Below are positions 5,404 through 15,244 of a stretch of DNA of 64,000 nucleotides, one piece after another; position 1 is the stretch's first letter, and every line of letters starts with the position of its first letter. The notes below the pieces were generated by a model, which saw only the letters and a program-made list of their open reading frames with translations, searched no databases and was not told the origin of the DNA. The stretch lies in IMG/VR virus record IMGVR_UViG_3300045988_072631. One strand, given 5' to 3'. Made by a program: the position numbers and the translations under genes. Origin of the DNA: a virus.

Positions 5404-8220
5404 TTGCTTTTTGAAAGTGGAGGTGCTTTTCTATTGGCATCTGAAAATCTGAAACAAACAATCCAAGGATACGAAAATTATATACAGTCGCATGGAATAG
5501 ACGAAACAGTCATTGAGGCATACGTAGAAGCCTGTTCCGTGGCTATAAATAATGAAAAGGATACAGAATATGGCTTGCAACTTACAAGGCGGTCTAAAGA
5601 GCTTATAGAACGTTACTGCATGAAGCAGACCGGTGGGACGATCTGGGATCTGGAAAAATATGCGTTTGCAAATAAAACAAGCTATGATCTGATTGACAAA
5701 TTCCATTCAGTATTGCTTTTGGAAGCACAAAACAAGGTGGTTGACAGCTTTTTCCGGTATATTGAGCATAAGCGAGAACCTAAAGAACGGTTCTACATGC
5801 CACGAAGGAAACAATTTTTGAAAATTGGTCTGGTGGATGCTCTACAGGGAATGATTGATGACAAGTACGACATTTTGTGCATTAGCCTTATTCCCGGTGC
5901 CGGGAAAGCTGGAAAGATGTCGTCTAAAGTCCTAACACCAAGTGGATTCATTGAAATGCGTGATGTAAAGGTTGGAACAAAAGTTGTGGCCGGAGACGGA
6001 GAAAAAGCGTCTGTTATTGGAGTATATCCACAAGGGAAACGCCGAATATACAGAATTACAATGAATGACGGAGGCTTTACAGAAGTTTCAGATAATCACT
6101 TATGGGAAGTACAAAATCGGTGTGATAGACAATTTGAAACAAGGACGGGAAATCATAGAACAAGAATAATAAAAACGGAAGATATGCTTAAAGATTTTAT
6201 TATTGAAAAAGACGGAAGGAAAAACTATTCTATAGACTATGTTCCCGAAATTAAATCCTTTGAAGAAAAAAAGTTTTATATACACCCGTATCTTCTTGGA
6301 TGCTTATTGGGAGATGGTGGATTAAGTACAAAAACAATTTGCTTTACAAAAAAAGATAAAGAAATAGTTGAAAAAATCAATTCACTCATTGGCGGATATG
6401 AGTTTGTCCTAAAACATGGAAGTGATAAAGATTATTATTTGCGCTCTAAATATGCTGCAAAAAAGCCCAACCTATTAAAAGAGGAACTAAATAGATTAGG
6501 CCTTCTTGGTACAAAATCTGCTACAAAATTTATACCAGAAGAATATCTATATTCAAGTCATGAACAAAGATTGTGGCTATTACGTGGATTGTTAGATACA
6601 GACGGATACGCAGAATACAAGGGAATAGAATATTCAACAGCTTCTCAAAAACTTGCGGAAAATGTAACAGAATTAGTACGTTCTTTGGGAGGATATGCGA
6701 GCTTAACAAAACGGAAATCTGGGTACAGAGACAAGGACGGCAATAGTGTTTCGTGCCTTGATAACTATAGGATTACAATTTTGTTTAGTGCAAATCATGA
6801 TAATCCATTTTGGTTAGAGAGAAAAGCTAAAATATATAATCCAAAACGCAAGGTTTGGAAACGTTATATAAAAAATATTGAGTATGTAGGAGAAGAAGAG
6901 TGCCAGTGTATTATGATTGATAATCCTTGCCATTTGTACATTACAGATGATTACATTATTACTCACAATACTACCATTGAAAAATTCTTTAATGCTGCGG
7001 TAATTGGCTGGTATCCGAAAGACTTCAATCTGTTTTATTCCCATAGTGGCGATATTACCAGAATGTACTATGACGGTATATATGATATAGTTACTAATTC
7101 AGATGAATATGCGTGGAATGAGATTTTCCCTGATTTGTATGTGACAAGCACAAATGCAAAGACAGAACAGTTCAACGTAGGAAAATATAAGCCGTTTCCA
7201 TCTGTACAGTGCACATCTGTAGGAAGCAAAAATGCGGGTAAAGTCCGTGCTTCTAAGTTTCTGCTGGTTGATGATATGATTGGCGGTATCGAGGAAGCAT
7301 TGAATCCGGCTATACTTGAAAAGTTGTGGAGTAAGTATTCCGTAGATGCACGCCAAAGAAAAATCAAAGATACTGATGGTAAGAATTGTAAGGAAATACA
7401 CATTGCAACCAGATGGAGTGTCCAGGATGTCATAGGGCGTATCCAAAAAATGTATGAAGGTAATCCGAGGGTAAAGGTAATTGCTGTTCCTGATGTTGAT
7501 CCGGTAACTGGACAGAGCAATTTTGATTATGAATTTTCCGGGTTCGATGTGGAGTTCTTTGAAGATCAGCAACTTTTGATGGATGAAATATCCTACAAGT
7601 GTCTGTACAAACAGGAACCGATCGAGCGTGAAGGACTGCTATTCCCGGATGATAAGATCAGGAGATATTTGAATCTTCCGCATGGCACACCAGAGCTTAT
7701 CACAGCACAGTGCGATACAAAGGGTAAGGGAACGGACTATTTTGTTCTTCCAGTCCTGCAAAAGTACGGTGATGATTATTACTGCGTGGATGCCGTGTGC
7801 GATAATACTGCCGATTATGAGATGCAGTATGAGAATGCTGCTAACATTTTGGTAAATAACGAGGTGCAGGAATGCGAGTTTGAGCGGAATGCTGGCGGTG
7901 ATCGGGTGGCAATGGAAGTCAATAAACGTGTTGAGTCTAAAGGCTGGATTTGCAACATCACCGATACACCTACAGAGACAAACAAGGAAGCAAGAATCTT
8001 CCAGTGCTCTAGCTGGATTTTACAGCATGTGATTTTCAAAGACCCATCAAAGTACAAGCCGAATGAACCGTATGGAATAATGATGTCGTTGCTGAAACAG
8101 TATTCGGTATCCGGCAAAAAGCAACTTGATGATGTGCCAGATGTGTTTTCTAACTTTGCATTAAGGATAAACAAAGGAGTTGCAAAACGGCACACAACAA
8201 TTATGTCAAGCCCGATTTAA
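5404..8220 (+). CDS. terL: terminase large subunit interrupted by an intein
   Basis: P-loop IPGAGK|...|TT restored after intein removal; position upstream of portal. True start may be TTG 5434 (GGAGG at 5419-5423). Confidence 0.85.
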   Translation: MLFESGGAFLLASENLKQTIQGYENYIQSHGIDETVIEAYVEACSVAINNEKDTEYGLQLTRRSKELIERYCMKQTGGTIWDLEKYAFANKTSYDLIDKFHSVLLLEAQNKVVDSFFRYIEHKREPKERFYMPRRKQFLKIGLVDALQGMIDDKYDILCISLIPGAGKAGKMSSKVLTPSGFIEMRDVKVGTKVVAGDGEKASVIGVYPQGKRRIYRITMNDGGFTEVSDNHLWEVQNRCDRQFETRTGNHRTRIIKTEDMLKDFIIEKDGRKNYSIDYVPEIKSFEEKKFYIHPYLLGCLLGDGGLSTKTICFTKKDKEIVEKINSLIGGYEFVLKHGSDKDYYLRSKYAAKKPNLLKEELNRLGLLGTKSATKFIPEEYLYSSHEQRLWLLRGLLDTDGYAEYKGIEYSTASQKLAENVTELVRSLGGYASLTKRKSGYRDKDGNSVSCLDNYRITILFSANHDNPFWLERKAKIYNPKRKVWKRYIKNIEYVGEEECQCIMIDNPCHLYITDDYIITHNTTIEKFFNAAVIGWYPKDFNLFYSHSGDITRMYYDGIYDIVTNSDEYAWNEIFPDLYVTSTNAKTEQFNVGKYKPFPSVQCTSVGSKNAGKVRASKFLLVDDMIGGIEEALNPAILEKLWSKYSVDARQRKIKDTDGKNCKEIHIATRWSVQDVIGRIQKMYEGNPRVKVIAVPDVDPVTGQSNFDYEFSGFDVEFFEDQQLLMDEISYKCLYKQEPIEREGLLFPDDKIRRYLNLPHGTPELITAQCDTKGKGTDYFVLPVLQKYGDDYYCVDAVCDNTADYEMQYENAANILVNNEVQECEFERNAGGDRVAMEVNKRVESKGWICNITDTPTETNKEARIFQCSSWILQHVIFKDPSKYKPNEPYGIMMSLLKQYSVSGKKQLDDVPDVFSNFALRINKGVAKRHTTIMSSPI
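5908..6969 (+). other. intein (354 aa) with LAGLIDADG homing endonuclease domain
   Basis: Ends ...IITHN followed by T; LLGCLLGDGG and LLRGLLDTDGYA LAGLIDADG motifs; block B SDNHLW; inserted in the Walker A loop. Confidence 0.75.
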
Positions 8221-8236
8221 GCATGGAGGAAAGTTA

Positions 8237-8653
8237 ATGGAAACAAAGAAATACCTTGGTCAGATCAAAAGATATGACTGTATGATCGCAAATAAAATCG
8301 AGGAAATCAAGAATCTCCGGGCAACCATATACGGGATGCCGTCATTCTCCGGTGGGGAACGTGTGCAGACTTCCGGCACAAAAGATATTGTTGGCAGCGG
8401 AGCGCCTAAAATAGCGGATATGGAGTCAGAAGTTAGGACTCTTTCTCGGAAAAGAGAGGAGATTGTCCGGCAGATTGAGAAGATCCCGGATGCGGATATG
8501 TACGATGTGCTTGCAAAGCGTTTTGTGCTGGACAAAGATTTTAAGGTAATTAGCGTCGAAATCAAGAAATCAAAGCGTCAAACGTTTTTCATTTACGATA
8601 ATGCCATTGATACGTTTGAGAAAATGTTTGGGTACCTGTACATGGGGGATTAA
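8237..8653 (+). CDS. phage regulatory protein, DUF1492/sigma-region-4-like
   Basis: GGAGGA RBS; pattern ...ERVQTSG...DVLAKRFVL... resembles small phage late-regulator families. Confidence 0.5.
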   Translation: METKKYLGQIKRYDCMIANKIEEIKNLRATIYGMPSFSGGERVQTSGTKDIVGSGAPKIADMESEVRTLSRKREEIVRQIEKIPDADMYDVLAKRFVLDKDFKVISVEIKKSKRQTFFIYDNAIDTFEKMFGYLYMGD

Positions 8654-8762
8654 CTGCACCAAAACGCATAAAATAGCATAAAAATGTGTATTTTCTTTAA
8701 AAAATAAGTGGTATACAATATGATTGTAAAGTTTTAAGAAACTTTTCTCCCGTCGGTAAGAG

Positions 8763-8798
8763 AGAGCATTGCTGGAAACGGCAGTGCTCTTTTCTTTT
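8763..8798 (+). terminator. intrinsic terminator-like hairpin
   Basis: 12-bp stem AGAGCATTGCTG/CGGCAGTGCTCT (2 G-U), GAAA loop, TTTCTTTT tract. Confidence 0.45.
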
Positions 8799-8816
8799 GC
8801 AGAAATGAGGAAAAAT

Positions 8817-9014
8817 ATGGAATACAAACCTAAAACAATATATTGTCCTAGGTGCGGCAGGAAAGTTGCTACATGGGACGGACGTTCTTCTATGCCGGTG
8901 ATCGGAAGGTGTAAGAAGTGTAATAAACGTGTTGTCTATTACGTTGACAACGATGAAACAGAAATCAAGGACATACCGGAAAGAAATTGTTCTTCCGGAG
9001 TCACGTATTTGTAG
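8817..9014 (+). CDS. small zinc-ribbon protein
   Basis: CPRCGRKV...CKKCNKRV; GAGGA RBS before ATG 8817. Confidence 0.5.
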   Translation: MEYKPKTIYCPRCGRKVATWDGRSSMPVIGRCKKCNKRVVYYVDNDETEIKDIPERNCSSGVTYL

Positions 9015-9023
9015 AGGTGCAAG

Positions 9024-10568
9024 ATGGCGAATCCGGGAAGAAAAATAATATGGACTGATGAACCAGAAATTACATATGAAAATGTTATTGATGTTCTCCG
9101 GGATGCAATTCTTGTTCACACAGCGAACGCACAAAGAATCCAGTTTCTTTTAGATTATGATGGTGGAGATCAGCCGATCATACGAAAAAACCCAAAAACA
9201 TACAGACCGGACATAGACTGCAGGTGCAATGATAATGTTGCACATCAGGTTTCCAACTTTTGGACTGGATTTGGTTGGGGAAATGCTATAACGCTTGTCC
9301 AGAACGGAGACGGGAAAGACCAATACGTATCGGATGGAATTTCTGAGCTTAACAAGCAATATGATCTGGTGAAAATCCGTGCGAAAACGCAGGAGCTTGG
9401 ACGCTTTGTCGAAATTGGTGCATTGTGTTATGTATATGTTGATACAAACATGAATTGGAGGGAAGGGAAAAGCTATTTTACGCTTGACATCCTAGACCCA
9501 AGAACATCTTTTGTAATCAGATCAAATTACTATCCTGACAAACGTGTAATGCTTGGTGTTACTTATCGTTGTGATAAAAGAGGAATTAAGCATTATACAT
9601 GCTTCACACCGGATGCCCGTTATGAAATCTCAGAATGGAAACATGCAGAACGAAGCGGAGAGCTAAATCCGCTTGGCATGATACCAATTGTTGAATACAT
9701 CAGATCGTATGATCGTATGGGTGTGTGGGAGCATCAGATTTCGGAGATGGACAATCTTAATTTGCTCATTTCGGATTTTTCAAATGATGTTGAGCAAAAC
9801 ACGCAGGCTGTATGGCACGCAAACGATGTTGATTTTCCCGTTAAGCATGAAGTCATTGAAGAAAAAGACGGAACAAAGAAGTCCGTAGAGGAAGTTGTAA
9901 AACCTAAGTCCGGAGAATGGCTTAGTACATTCACTTCACCGGACGGAAAGACTCCGTTTGTTAAAGCTCTGTCTATTGATTATGACTACGACGGAATGCT
10001 GAATGCGATACAATATCGCAGGAATAAAATTCTGGAAAAATGCAACGTTCCTCTCACAAGTGATAATGCATCAAACATCACAGGAGTGGCAGCGAGCAAT
10101 GCTTCTGGATGGGATCATGCGGAAGCGGCAGCATCAAAACAGCAGATGATCACAGAAAGCTGCAAACTGGAAGAGGTAGAAGTTGTTCTTGCGGCAATAG
10201 TAAACAATCCAAATCTTCCGGCTGACAGCCCGTTAAAGAAAATCACTCCGGCAGACATTGAAGTTAATGTGAAACGTCAAAAACTGTATGAGCTGTCAAC
10301 GAAAGTAAACAGTGCTGTAACACTTATAAAAGCTGGATTTGACGGAGGAAAGATATTAAATACCATTCCGATTTTTGACGACCCAAATGAAGTGTGGGAT
10401 GCCAGCAAAGAAATGGTGAGAAAAATCCAAAACAGCGGAATTTCTCAAGCCGCAAACACCGGGGACGATATAGAGCCGGAAAAACCAAATTCTGACAGGA
10501 TAATGCAGGATTTATCAGATCAAGTTACAAACAGTCCGCTGATTGATAAAAGCAGAGCCGAGAAATAA
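9024..10568 (+). CDS. portal protein
   Basis: 514 aa, position between terminase and head-morphogenesis gene. Confidence 0.85.
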   Translation: MANPGRKIIWTDEPEITYENVIDVLRDAILVHTANAQRIQFLLDYDGGDQPIIRKNPKTYRPDIDCRCNDNVAHQVSNFWTGFGWGNAITLVQNGDGKDQYVSDGISELNKQYDLVKIRAKTQELGRFVEIGALCYVYVDTNMNWREGKSYFTLDILDPRTSFVIRSNYYPDKRVMLGVTYRCDKRGIKHYTCFTPDARYEISEWKHAERSGELNPLGMIPIVEYIRSYDRMGVWEHQISEMDNLNLLISDFSNDVEQNTQAVWHANDVDFPVKHEVIEEKDGTKKSVEEVVKPKSGEWLSTFTSPDGKTPFVKALSIDYDYDGMLNAIQYRRNKILEKCNVPLTSDNASNITGVAASNASGWDHAEAAASKQQMITESCKLEEVEVVLAAIVNNPNLPADSPLKKITPADIEVNVKRQKLYELSTKVNSAVTLIKAGFDGGKILNTIPIFDDPNEVWDASKEMVRKIQNSGISQAANTGDDIEPEKPNSDRIMQDLSDQVTNSPLIDKSRAEK

Positions 10569-11191
10569 TGGAACATGAATTTGACGAACTGAATAATCCA
10601 AAGAGCAGAGCAATTCCATATGAGCAATATTTTGGGGAGATGGAACTGACGGAAGAACAGAAAGAAGAGCGGATAAAAGCGTCTAAACGTATTGAAGATA
10701 TGATGCTTTTTCTTTTTTCTTTACTTTCAGTCATGAAAGAATATTCCTATGAAAATTTAGAATTTGTTGTTTCGCAAGTAAAAAATCAGTATTCCGATAT
10801 TTTATCTGTAAGCATGGAAATGGATGAATACTTAAATGGATACGTGAATGATTTTTCTGTGCAGATTGTAGAAACAACACAAAATCATATGGATGATGAA
10901 TGGTATCTTTCTGATGACCGGGCAATGTTTGTTGCGGAGAATGAAGCAAATACGACATTTAATTATCTGGAATATAAAAAAGCTGTTGAGTCCGGGAAGA
11001 CAAAAAAGAGGTGGATCACCATGCGTGACCGCCATGTGAGGCATACACACCAGCTTGCCGACGGAAAATCCATTGGAATCAATTATGTTTTTCTTGTTGG
11101 TGACAGTGAGATGTTTTATCCAAAAGATACAACATTCGGTGCAAGCGCACGTGAAATCGTGAATTGCAGATGCTCAATTAAATATTTTTGA
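10568..11191 (+). CDS. minor head/morphogenesis protein (Mu F / SPP1 gp7-like)
   Basis: TMRDRHVRHTHQLADGK...NCRCS motif; ATAATG coupling to portal. Confidence 0.8.
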   Translation: MEHEFDELNNPKSRAIPYEQYFGEMELTEEQKEERIKASKRIEDMMLFLFSLLSVMKEYSYENLEFVVSQVKNQYSDILSVSMEMDEYLNGYVNDFSVQIVETTQNHMDDEWYLSDDRAMFVAENEANTTFNYLEYKKAVESGKTKKRWITMRDRHVRHTHQLADGKSIGINYVFLVGDSEMFYPKDTTFGASAREIVNCRCSIKYF

Positions 11192-11195
11192 CACG

Positions 11196-11225
11196 AAACC
11201 GCTGATTCTTATTGGCGGTTTTTTA
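11196..11225 (+). terminator. intrinsic terminator
   Basis: AAACCGC...GCGGTTT stem followed by TTTT. Confidence 0.55.
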
Positions 11226-11305
11226 TATGCCCCAGAGAAGGGGCAGAAAAAATATCGCAAGAAGTTAGAGAAAACTTAAATCGCAGAAAGAAAGAGGTAT
11301 GAATC

Positions 11306-11893
11306 ATGGCAGACACTAACACTACCACTACAACAACTAAGGCAGCTGAAACGCAGGTAAACACAGGGCAAGAGCCAACCACTACTCAGGAGAATGAAAC
11401 AAAGACTCCAACTGTAGAAGAACTTATGGCGCAGCTGGCCAGCGAGAGGGCAGAGAAAGAGAAATATAAAAATGCTTCTGACAAAGCAAGTTCCGAAGCT
11501 GCTCAGTACAAAAAACAGTTACGTTCCAAGCAGACGGCAGAGGAACAGGAAGCAGAAGCAAAAGCAGAAGCTGAACGCTTGCAGAACGAAAGGTATGAGA
11601 ACGCAATTAAAGAGCTGAATCATATGAAAGCTGTATCTGCTTACAAGAATGTTTCTGAAAAATCTATCGAAACCCTGATTGAAGCTGTTGCAGAGGGAGA
11701 TCACAGTGCAATTGCCACAATTATTGACAACGAAGTAAAAGCGGCGGTCACTGCTGCAAAAGCGGAATGGATGAAAACAAGACCGGCTGTAAATGCAGGA
11801 AAATATTCATCCATGACACGTGAGCAGATCATGGCAATTTCAGACAGAGATGAAAGATTAAAGGCTATCGCTTTGAACCCAACTTTATTTTAG
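11306..11893 (+). CDS. scaffolding protein
   Basis: Acidic/Ala/Lys-rich coiled-coil, immediately upstream of capsid gene. Confidence 0.7.
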   Translation: MADTNTTTTTTKAAETQVNTGQEPTTTQENETKTPTVEELMAQLASERAEKEKYKNASDKASSEAAQYKKQLRSKQTAEEQEAEAKAEAERLQNERYENAIKELNHMKAVSAYKNVSEKSIETLIEAVAEGDHSAIATIIDNEVKAAVTAAKAEWMKTRPAVNAGKYSSMTREQIMAISDRDERLKAIALNPTLF

Positions 11894-11905
11894 GAGGAAT
11901 ATTAA

Positions 11906-13006
11906 ATGGCAGCTGAAACAAATTTAATCAAAAGTGCAGACCTCGTAAAAGCCAGAGAGGTCGAGTTCACCTTTATGTTTGGTGAGAGTATTAAGAAGTT
12001 AATGGAGGCTCTGGGAGTAACCAGAATGATCCAGAAACAGGCTGGTATGGTGCTGAAAGCATACAAGGCCAGAGGAACACTGGAAGATGGAAATGTCGGT
12101 GAGGGTGAAACCATTCCGCTTTCCAAATACGAGACTTACCCGATTGTATTCGATGAGATCACTCTGAAAAAGTGGAGAAAAGCCACTTCCGCAGAGGCAA
12201 TCATCGAAAAGGGATACAATCAGGCAGTTATCGAGACTACAGACGAGATGCTGAAAGACATCCAGAAGGGCATCAGAAGAGACTTCTTCACATTCCTTGA
12301 AAAAGGAACCGGAAGAGCAAACGGAACTGGCTTTCAGTCCACTCTTGCAAAGGCATGGGGACAGCTTGAGGTTCTGTTTGAGGATGATGAGATCGAAGCA
12401 GTGTATTTCATGAATCCGCTGGATGTTGCTGATTATCTGGCAACCGCAAATATCACCCTGCAGAGCGCATTCGGCATGACTTATGTAGAGAACTTCCTTG
12501 GTCTTGGAACTGTGATTTTCAATAAATCTGTACCGACCGGAAAGATTTATGCAACTGCAAAGAAAAATATCGTGATGTATTACATCCCAGTAAACGGTGC
12601 TGATCTGAATGAAGCATTTACGTTTACTTCCGATCAGACTGGTCTTATTGGAATCCATGAAAGCCCGGATTACAACAATATGACCGCTTCCGATACTGTT
12701 GTGTCTGGAATCGTACTGTTTGCCGAGAGAATTGACGGTATTGTTGTTGGCTCCATTGGAGGTTCTGGAAGCACCACGCTTTCCCTCAACAAAGAAACGG
12801 CAACTGTTCCGATCAATGGAAAAATTACTCTTAAAGCAACTGTAGCACCGGTTGGAACGGCAGTAACATGGGAGAGTGACCAGCCAACTTATGCAACCGT
12901 TGAAAATGGTGTAGTAACTGGTAAGGCAGCAGGAACAGCAAACATCACGGCAAAAGCAGGTGGTCAGACCGCAACTTGCGCAGTAACCGTGAGCGCAGGA
13001 GCGTGA
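11906..13006 (+). CDS. major capsid protein with C-terminal Ig-like (Big_2-type) domain
   Basis: Position after scaffold; C-terminus TLSLNKETATVPINGKITLKATV...ITAKAGGQTATCAVTV is Big_2-like. Confidence 0.8.
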   Translation: MAAETNLIKSADLVKAREVEFTFMFGESIKKLMEALGVTRMIQKQAGMVLKAYKARGTLEDGNVGEGETIPLSKYETYPIVFDEITLKKWRKATSAEAIIEKGYNQAVIETTDEMLKDIQKGIRRDFFTFLEKGTGRANGTGFQSTLAKAWGQLEVLFEDDEIEAVYFMNPLDVADYLATANITLQSAFGMTYVENFLGLGTVIFNKSVPTGKIYATAKKNIVMYYIPVNGADLNEAFTFTSDQTGLIGIHESPDYNNMTASDTVVSGIVLFAERIDGIVVGSIGGSGSTTLSLNKETATVPINGKITLKATVAPVGTAVTWESDQPTYATVENGVVTGKAAGTANITAKAGGQTATCAVTVSAGA

Positions 13007-13010
13007 TCGA

Positions 13011-13322
13011 ATGTATAAGGTAATCAGATTTTTCACTGATTTGCAAGACAATGATTATCCGTATAACGAGGGAGACATCTTCCCTCGTGACGGATTATCC
13101 GTATCTAAAGAGAGATTGGTTGAGCTTTCCAGTACCAATAATAAGCAGAGAGAACGTCTTATCGAGCTTGTCGTGGATGAAGGAAAGCTTACCAAAACAG
13201 ATATTAACCGGATGCCGGTATCCGATCTTCGGAAGATGGCATCTGACAGTGGAGTGGAGAATGCGGAAGCAATGACCGGCTCTGAATTAAAGACGTATCT
13301 CATTCACTTCATGGGTCTGTAG
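13011..13322 (+). CDS. hypothetical head-associated protein
   Basis: ORF in late operon; C-terminal SAP/Rho-N-like helix-extended-helix segment. Confidence 0.45.
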   Translation: MYKVIRFFTDLQDNDYPYNEGDIFPRDGLSVSKERLVELSSTNNKQRERLIELVVDEGKLTKTDINRMPVSDLRKMASDSGVENAEAMTGSELKTYLIHFMGL

Positions 13323-13333
13323 GGAGGTTCTAT

Positions 13334-13687
13334 ATGGCATACACGATGGTTGAGCAGGTAAAAATCCGGTTGAAACAATTTCATATTGATGACAAGGAAT
13401 CCGTTGTGTTTGACCATAAAGAAGACAATCCTTTAATTGAGCAATTGATTGAGCAGGCACAGCAGGAATTAATAAGCAGACGGATGTATCCGAGCAGTTA
13501 TACTCAGGAACAGATTGCCAGTGATATGAAGAATTACGAGGGAGTCATAGTTAATCTGGCTGTGTATGATCGCTCACAGGCAGGTGAGGCTTACATGGAA
13601 TCTTATTCAGAGAATGGAGTAAGCAGGAGCTGGAAAGACCGTGACAGTCTCTTTTCCGGGGTATATCCGATTGCCAAACTGCTATAA
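13334..13687 (+). CDS. head-tail connector (gp6-like) protein
   Basis: About 117 aa, typical size, position and sequence pattern. Confidence 0.65.
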   Translation: MAYTMVEQVKIRLKQFHIDDKESVVFDHKEDNPLIEQLIEQAQQELISRRMYPSSYTQEQIASDMKNYEGVIVNLAVYDRSQAGEAYMESYSENGVSRSWKDRDSLFSGVYPIAKLL

Positions 13688-13834
13688 CCTATCTGCCATG
13701 AGCAGAAAAGGTATCCGGTTCTTGCATGGCAGTTACCGGTTTTTGAAGATTGAGCGTTGCCGGAAGGCAGCAGGGGCGTGCTATAGGTGGTGGAGGGCAG
13801 CACGCAAAATTAAAGTAGGAAGGCGGTATATGAT

Positions 13835-14149
13835 GTGACGATACAGGTATCGGCAGCAATCATTATAAGCGTGTTATCACTGAGTTTTTCCGTCTTTATG
13901 GGTCTGAAAAGTGATAAGCGGACAGACACAAAGGATATTGAGGAACGTGTAAAAGAAAATACACGCATTAACATGAAACTGGATGCAATATCGAATAACA
14001 CAACTGAAATTAAAAACGAGGTTTCCGAGATGAGGAAAGAGATCAATTCCCATGATGGAAGAATTGTTAAGGTTGAGGAAAGTGTAAAGTCGGCGCATCA
14101 CAGGTTGGACGGCTTGGAAGAGCGTCTTAATGAGCATAAGGAGGCTTAA
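13835..14149 (+). CDS. membrane-anchored coiled-coil protein (XhlA-like holin accessory)
   Basis: GTG start; N-terminal TM AAIIISVLSLSFSVFMGL, then heptad-rich region. Confidence 0.5.
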   Translation: MTIQVSAAIIISVLSLSFSVFMGLKSDKRTDTKDIEERVKENTRINMKLDAISNNTTEIKNEVSEMRKEINSHDGRIVKVEESVKSAHHRLDGLEERLNEHKEA

Positions 14150-14152
14150 ATT

Positions 14153-14479
14153 ATGGATATTATGCAGACATTGATTGCCAACATGACTATTATATTGGCA
14201 ATTATCGGTGCCCTGGCGTTTATGGTATCTGTGGTTACACAGGTGGTCAAAGGAGTGGGATTTCTGTCAAAAATTCCTACGGATGCCTTGGTGTTTTTCC
14301 TGTCTATCGGAATTACTGTAGCTGCTTTTGCGGCCTATATGCAGTATGTCCGAATGGAAATATTGTGGTATATGATTTTTGCAGCTATCATGGCAGGATT
14401 TATTGTTGCATTTGTTTCTATGTATGGATGGGAAAAATTAACAAAACTGTGGAAGAGATTCGGCAAGGATGTGAAGTGA
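14153..14479 (+). CDS. holin (three predicted TM segments, basic C-terminus)
   Basis: 108 aa, three hydrophobic spans, C-terminal KLWKRFGKDVK. Confidence 0.65.
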   Translation: MDIMQTLIANMTIILAIIGALAFMVSVVTQVVKGVGFLSKIPTDALVFFLSIGITVAAFAAYMQYVRMEILWYMIFAAIMAGFIVAFVSMYGWEKLTKLWKRFGKDVK

Positions 14480-14480
14480 G

Positions 14481-14906
14481 ATGCTTGACATTAACAAACA
14501 GCTGATGAAGTACTCACAACACGGTCAAAAAGTTACCATCTATGAAAAAGATGATGATGGAAATATCAAATACTACGTGGATGGTGACGGAAACAAAATC
14601 CCTCTGATTGCAGATGAGAAAGTTGGTTTTTCAGAACCGAAAGAGTTTTATACCAATATCAGTAATAAGTTGAGCGAAGTTCTGGTAAAAGAGTTTGGAG
14701 TTGACGACAGTAGCACTTATGTACAGATCGTTACCGATAAAGGATACCTCCCTTTGAAAGCCGGTGATGTGGTCTGGAAGAAGTCGGAAGTCGGTTATGA
14801 TGATTCTGGACTCGTGGACAGCACAACAGCTGATTATGAGGTTAAGGGAGTTGCTGATGAGGGTCTGACTGTTGACCTGTTTTTGCTCCAAAAGATTGTA
14901 AAGTAG
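14481..14906 (+). CDS. head-tail joining/head closure candidate
   Basis: Position only. Confidence 0.45.
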   Translation: MLDINKQLMKYSQHGQKVTIYEKDDDGNIKYYVDGDGNKIPLIADEKVGFSEPKEFYTNISNKLSEVLVKEFGVDDSSTYVQIVTDKGYLPLKAGDVVWKKSEVGYDDSGLVDSTTADYEVKGVADEGLTVDLFLLQKIVK

Positions 14907-14913
14907 GTAATTT

Positions 14914-15237
14914 ATGAAGAAAACAGTATTGATTCTTGGAACAGAATATGCAATTATTCACGAACATTTTGGAGAAAAAGGCGAAGACGGTTTTTGCGAT
15001 TACACAAGCAAAGAAATCCATATCAGAAATGATAATGAAAATGAAGTTGGTAATTTTGAATGGTTGCAAAAGAAACAGCTCCGCCACGAATTGATACATG
15101 CCTTTTTGTGCGAAAGTGGATTAGAATCCAACTATGAGCATTTCAAACAGTATGGGCATGAAGAAACAATGGTTGATTGGATTGCGATTCAGTTTCCAAA
15201 GATTCTTAAAGTTTTTAATGATCTTGATATTTTGTAG
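14914..15237 (+). CDS. small HExxH metallopeptidase-like protein
   Basis: RHELIHAF motif. Confidence 0.5.
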   Translation: MKKTVLILGTEYAIIHEHFGEKGEDGFCDYTSKEIHIRNDNENEVGNFEWLQKKQLRHELIHAFLCESGLESNYEHFKQYGHEETMVDWIAIQFPKILKVFNDLDIL

Positions 15238-15244
15238 GTGCGAT

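Noticed and set aside
7068-7572. Two minus-strand ORFs of 150 and 157 aa inside the terminase gene
   Set aside because: They are antisense shadow ORFs within a well-supported CDS.
11999-13051. 350-aa minus-strand ORF
   Set aside because: It is entirely antisense to the capsid gene, which has clear context and an Ig-like domain. The composition is Cys/Ser-rich and there is no RBS. It is treated as a shadow ORF.
13641-13838. 65-aa ORF in the connector-holin gap
   Set aside because: It is Arg/Cys-rich with no RBS, and it lies over terminator-like hairpins.
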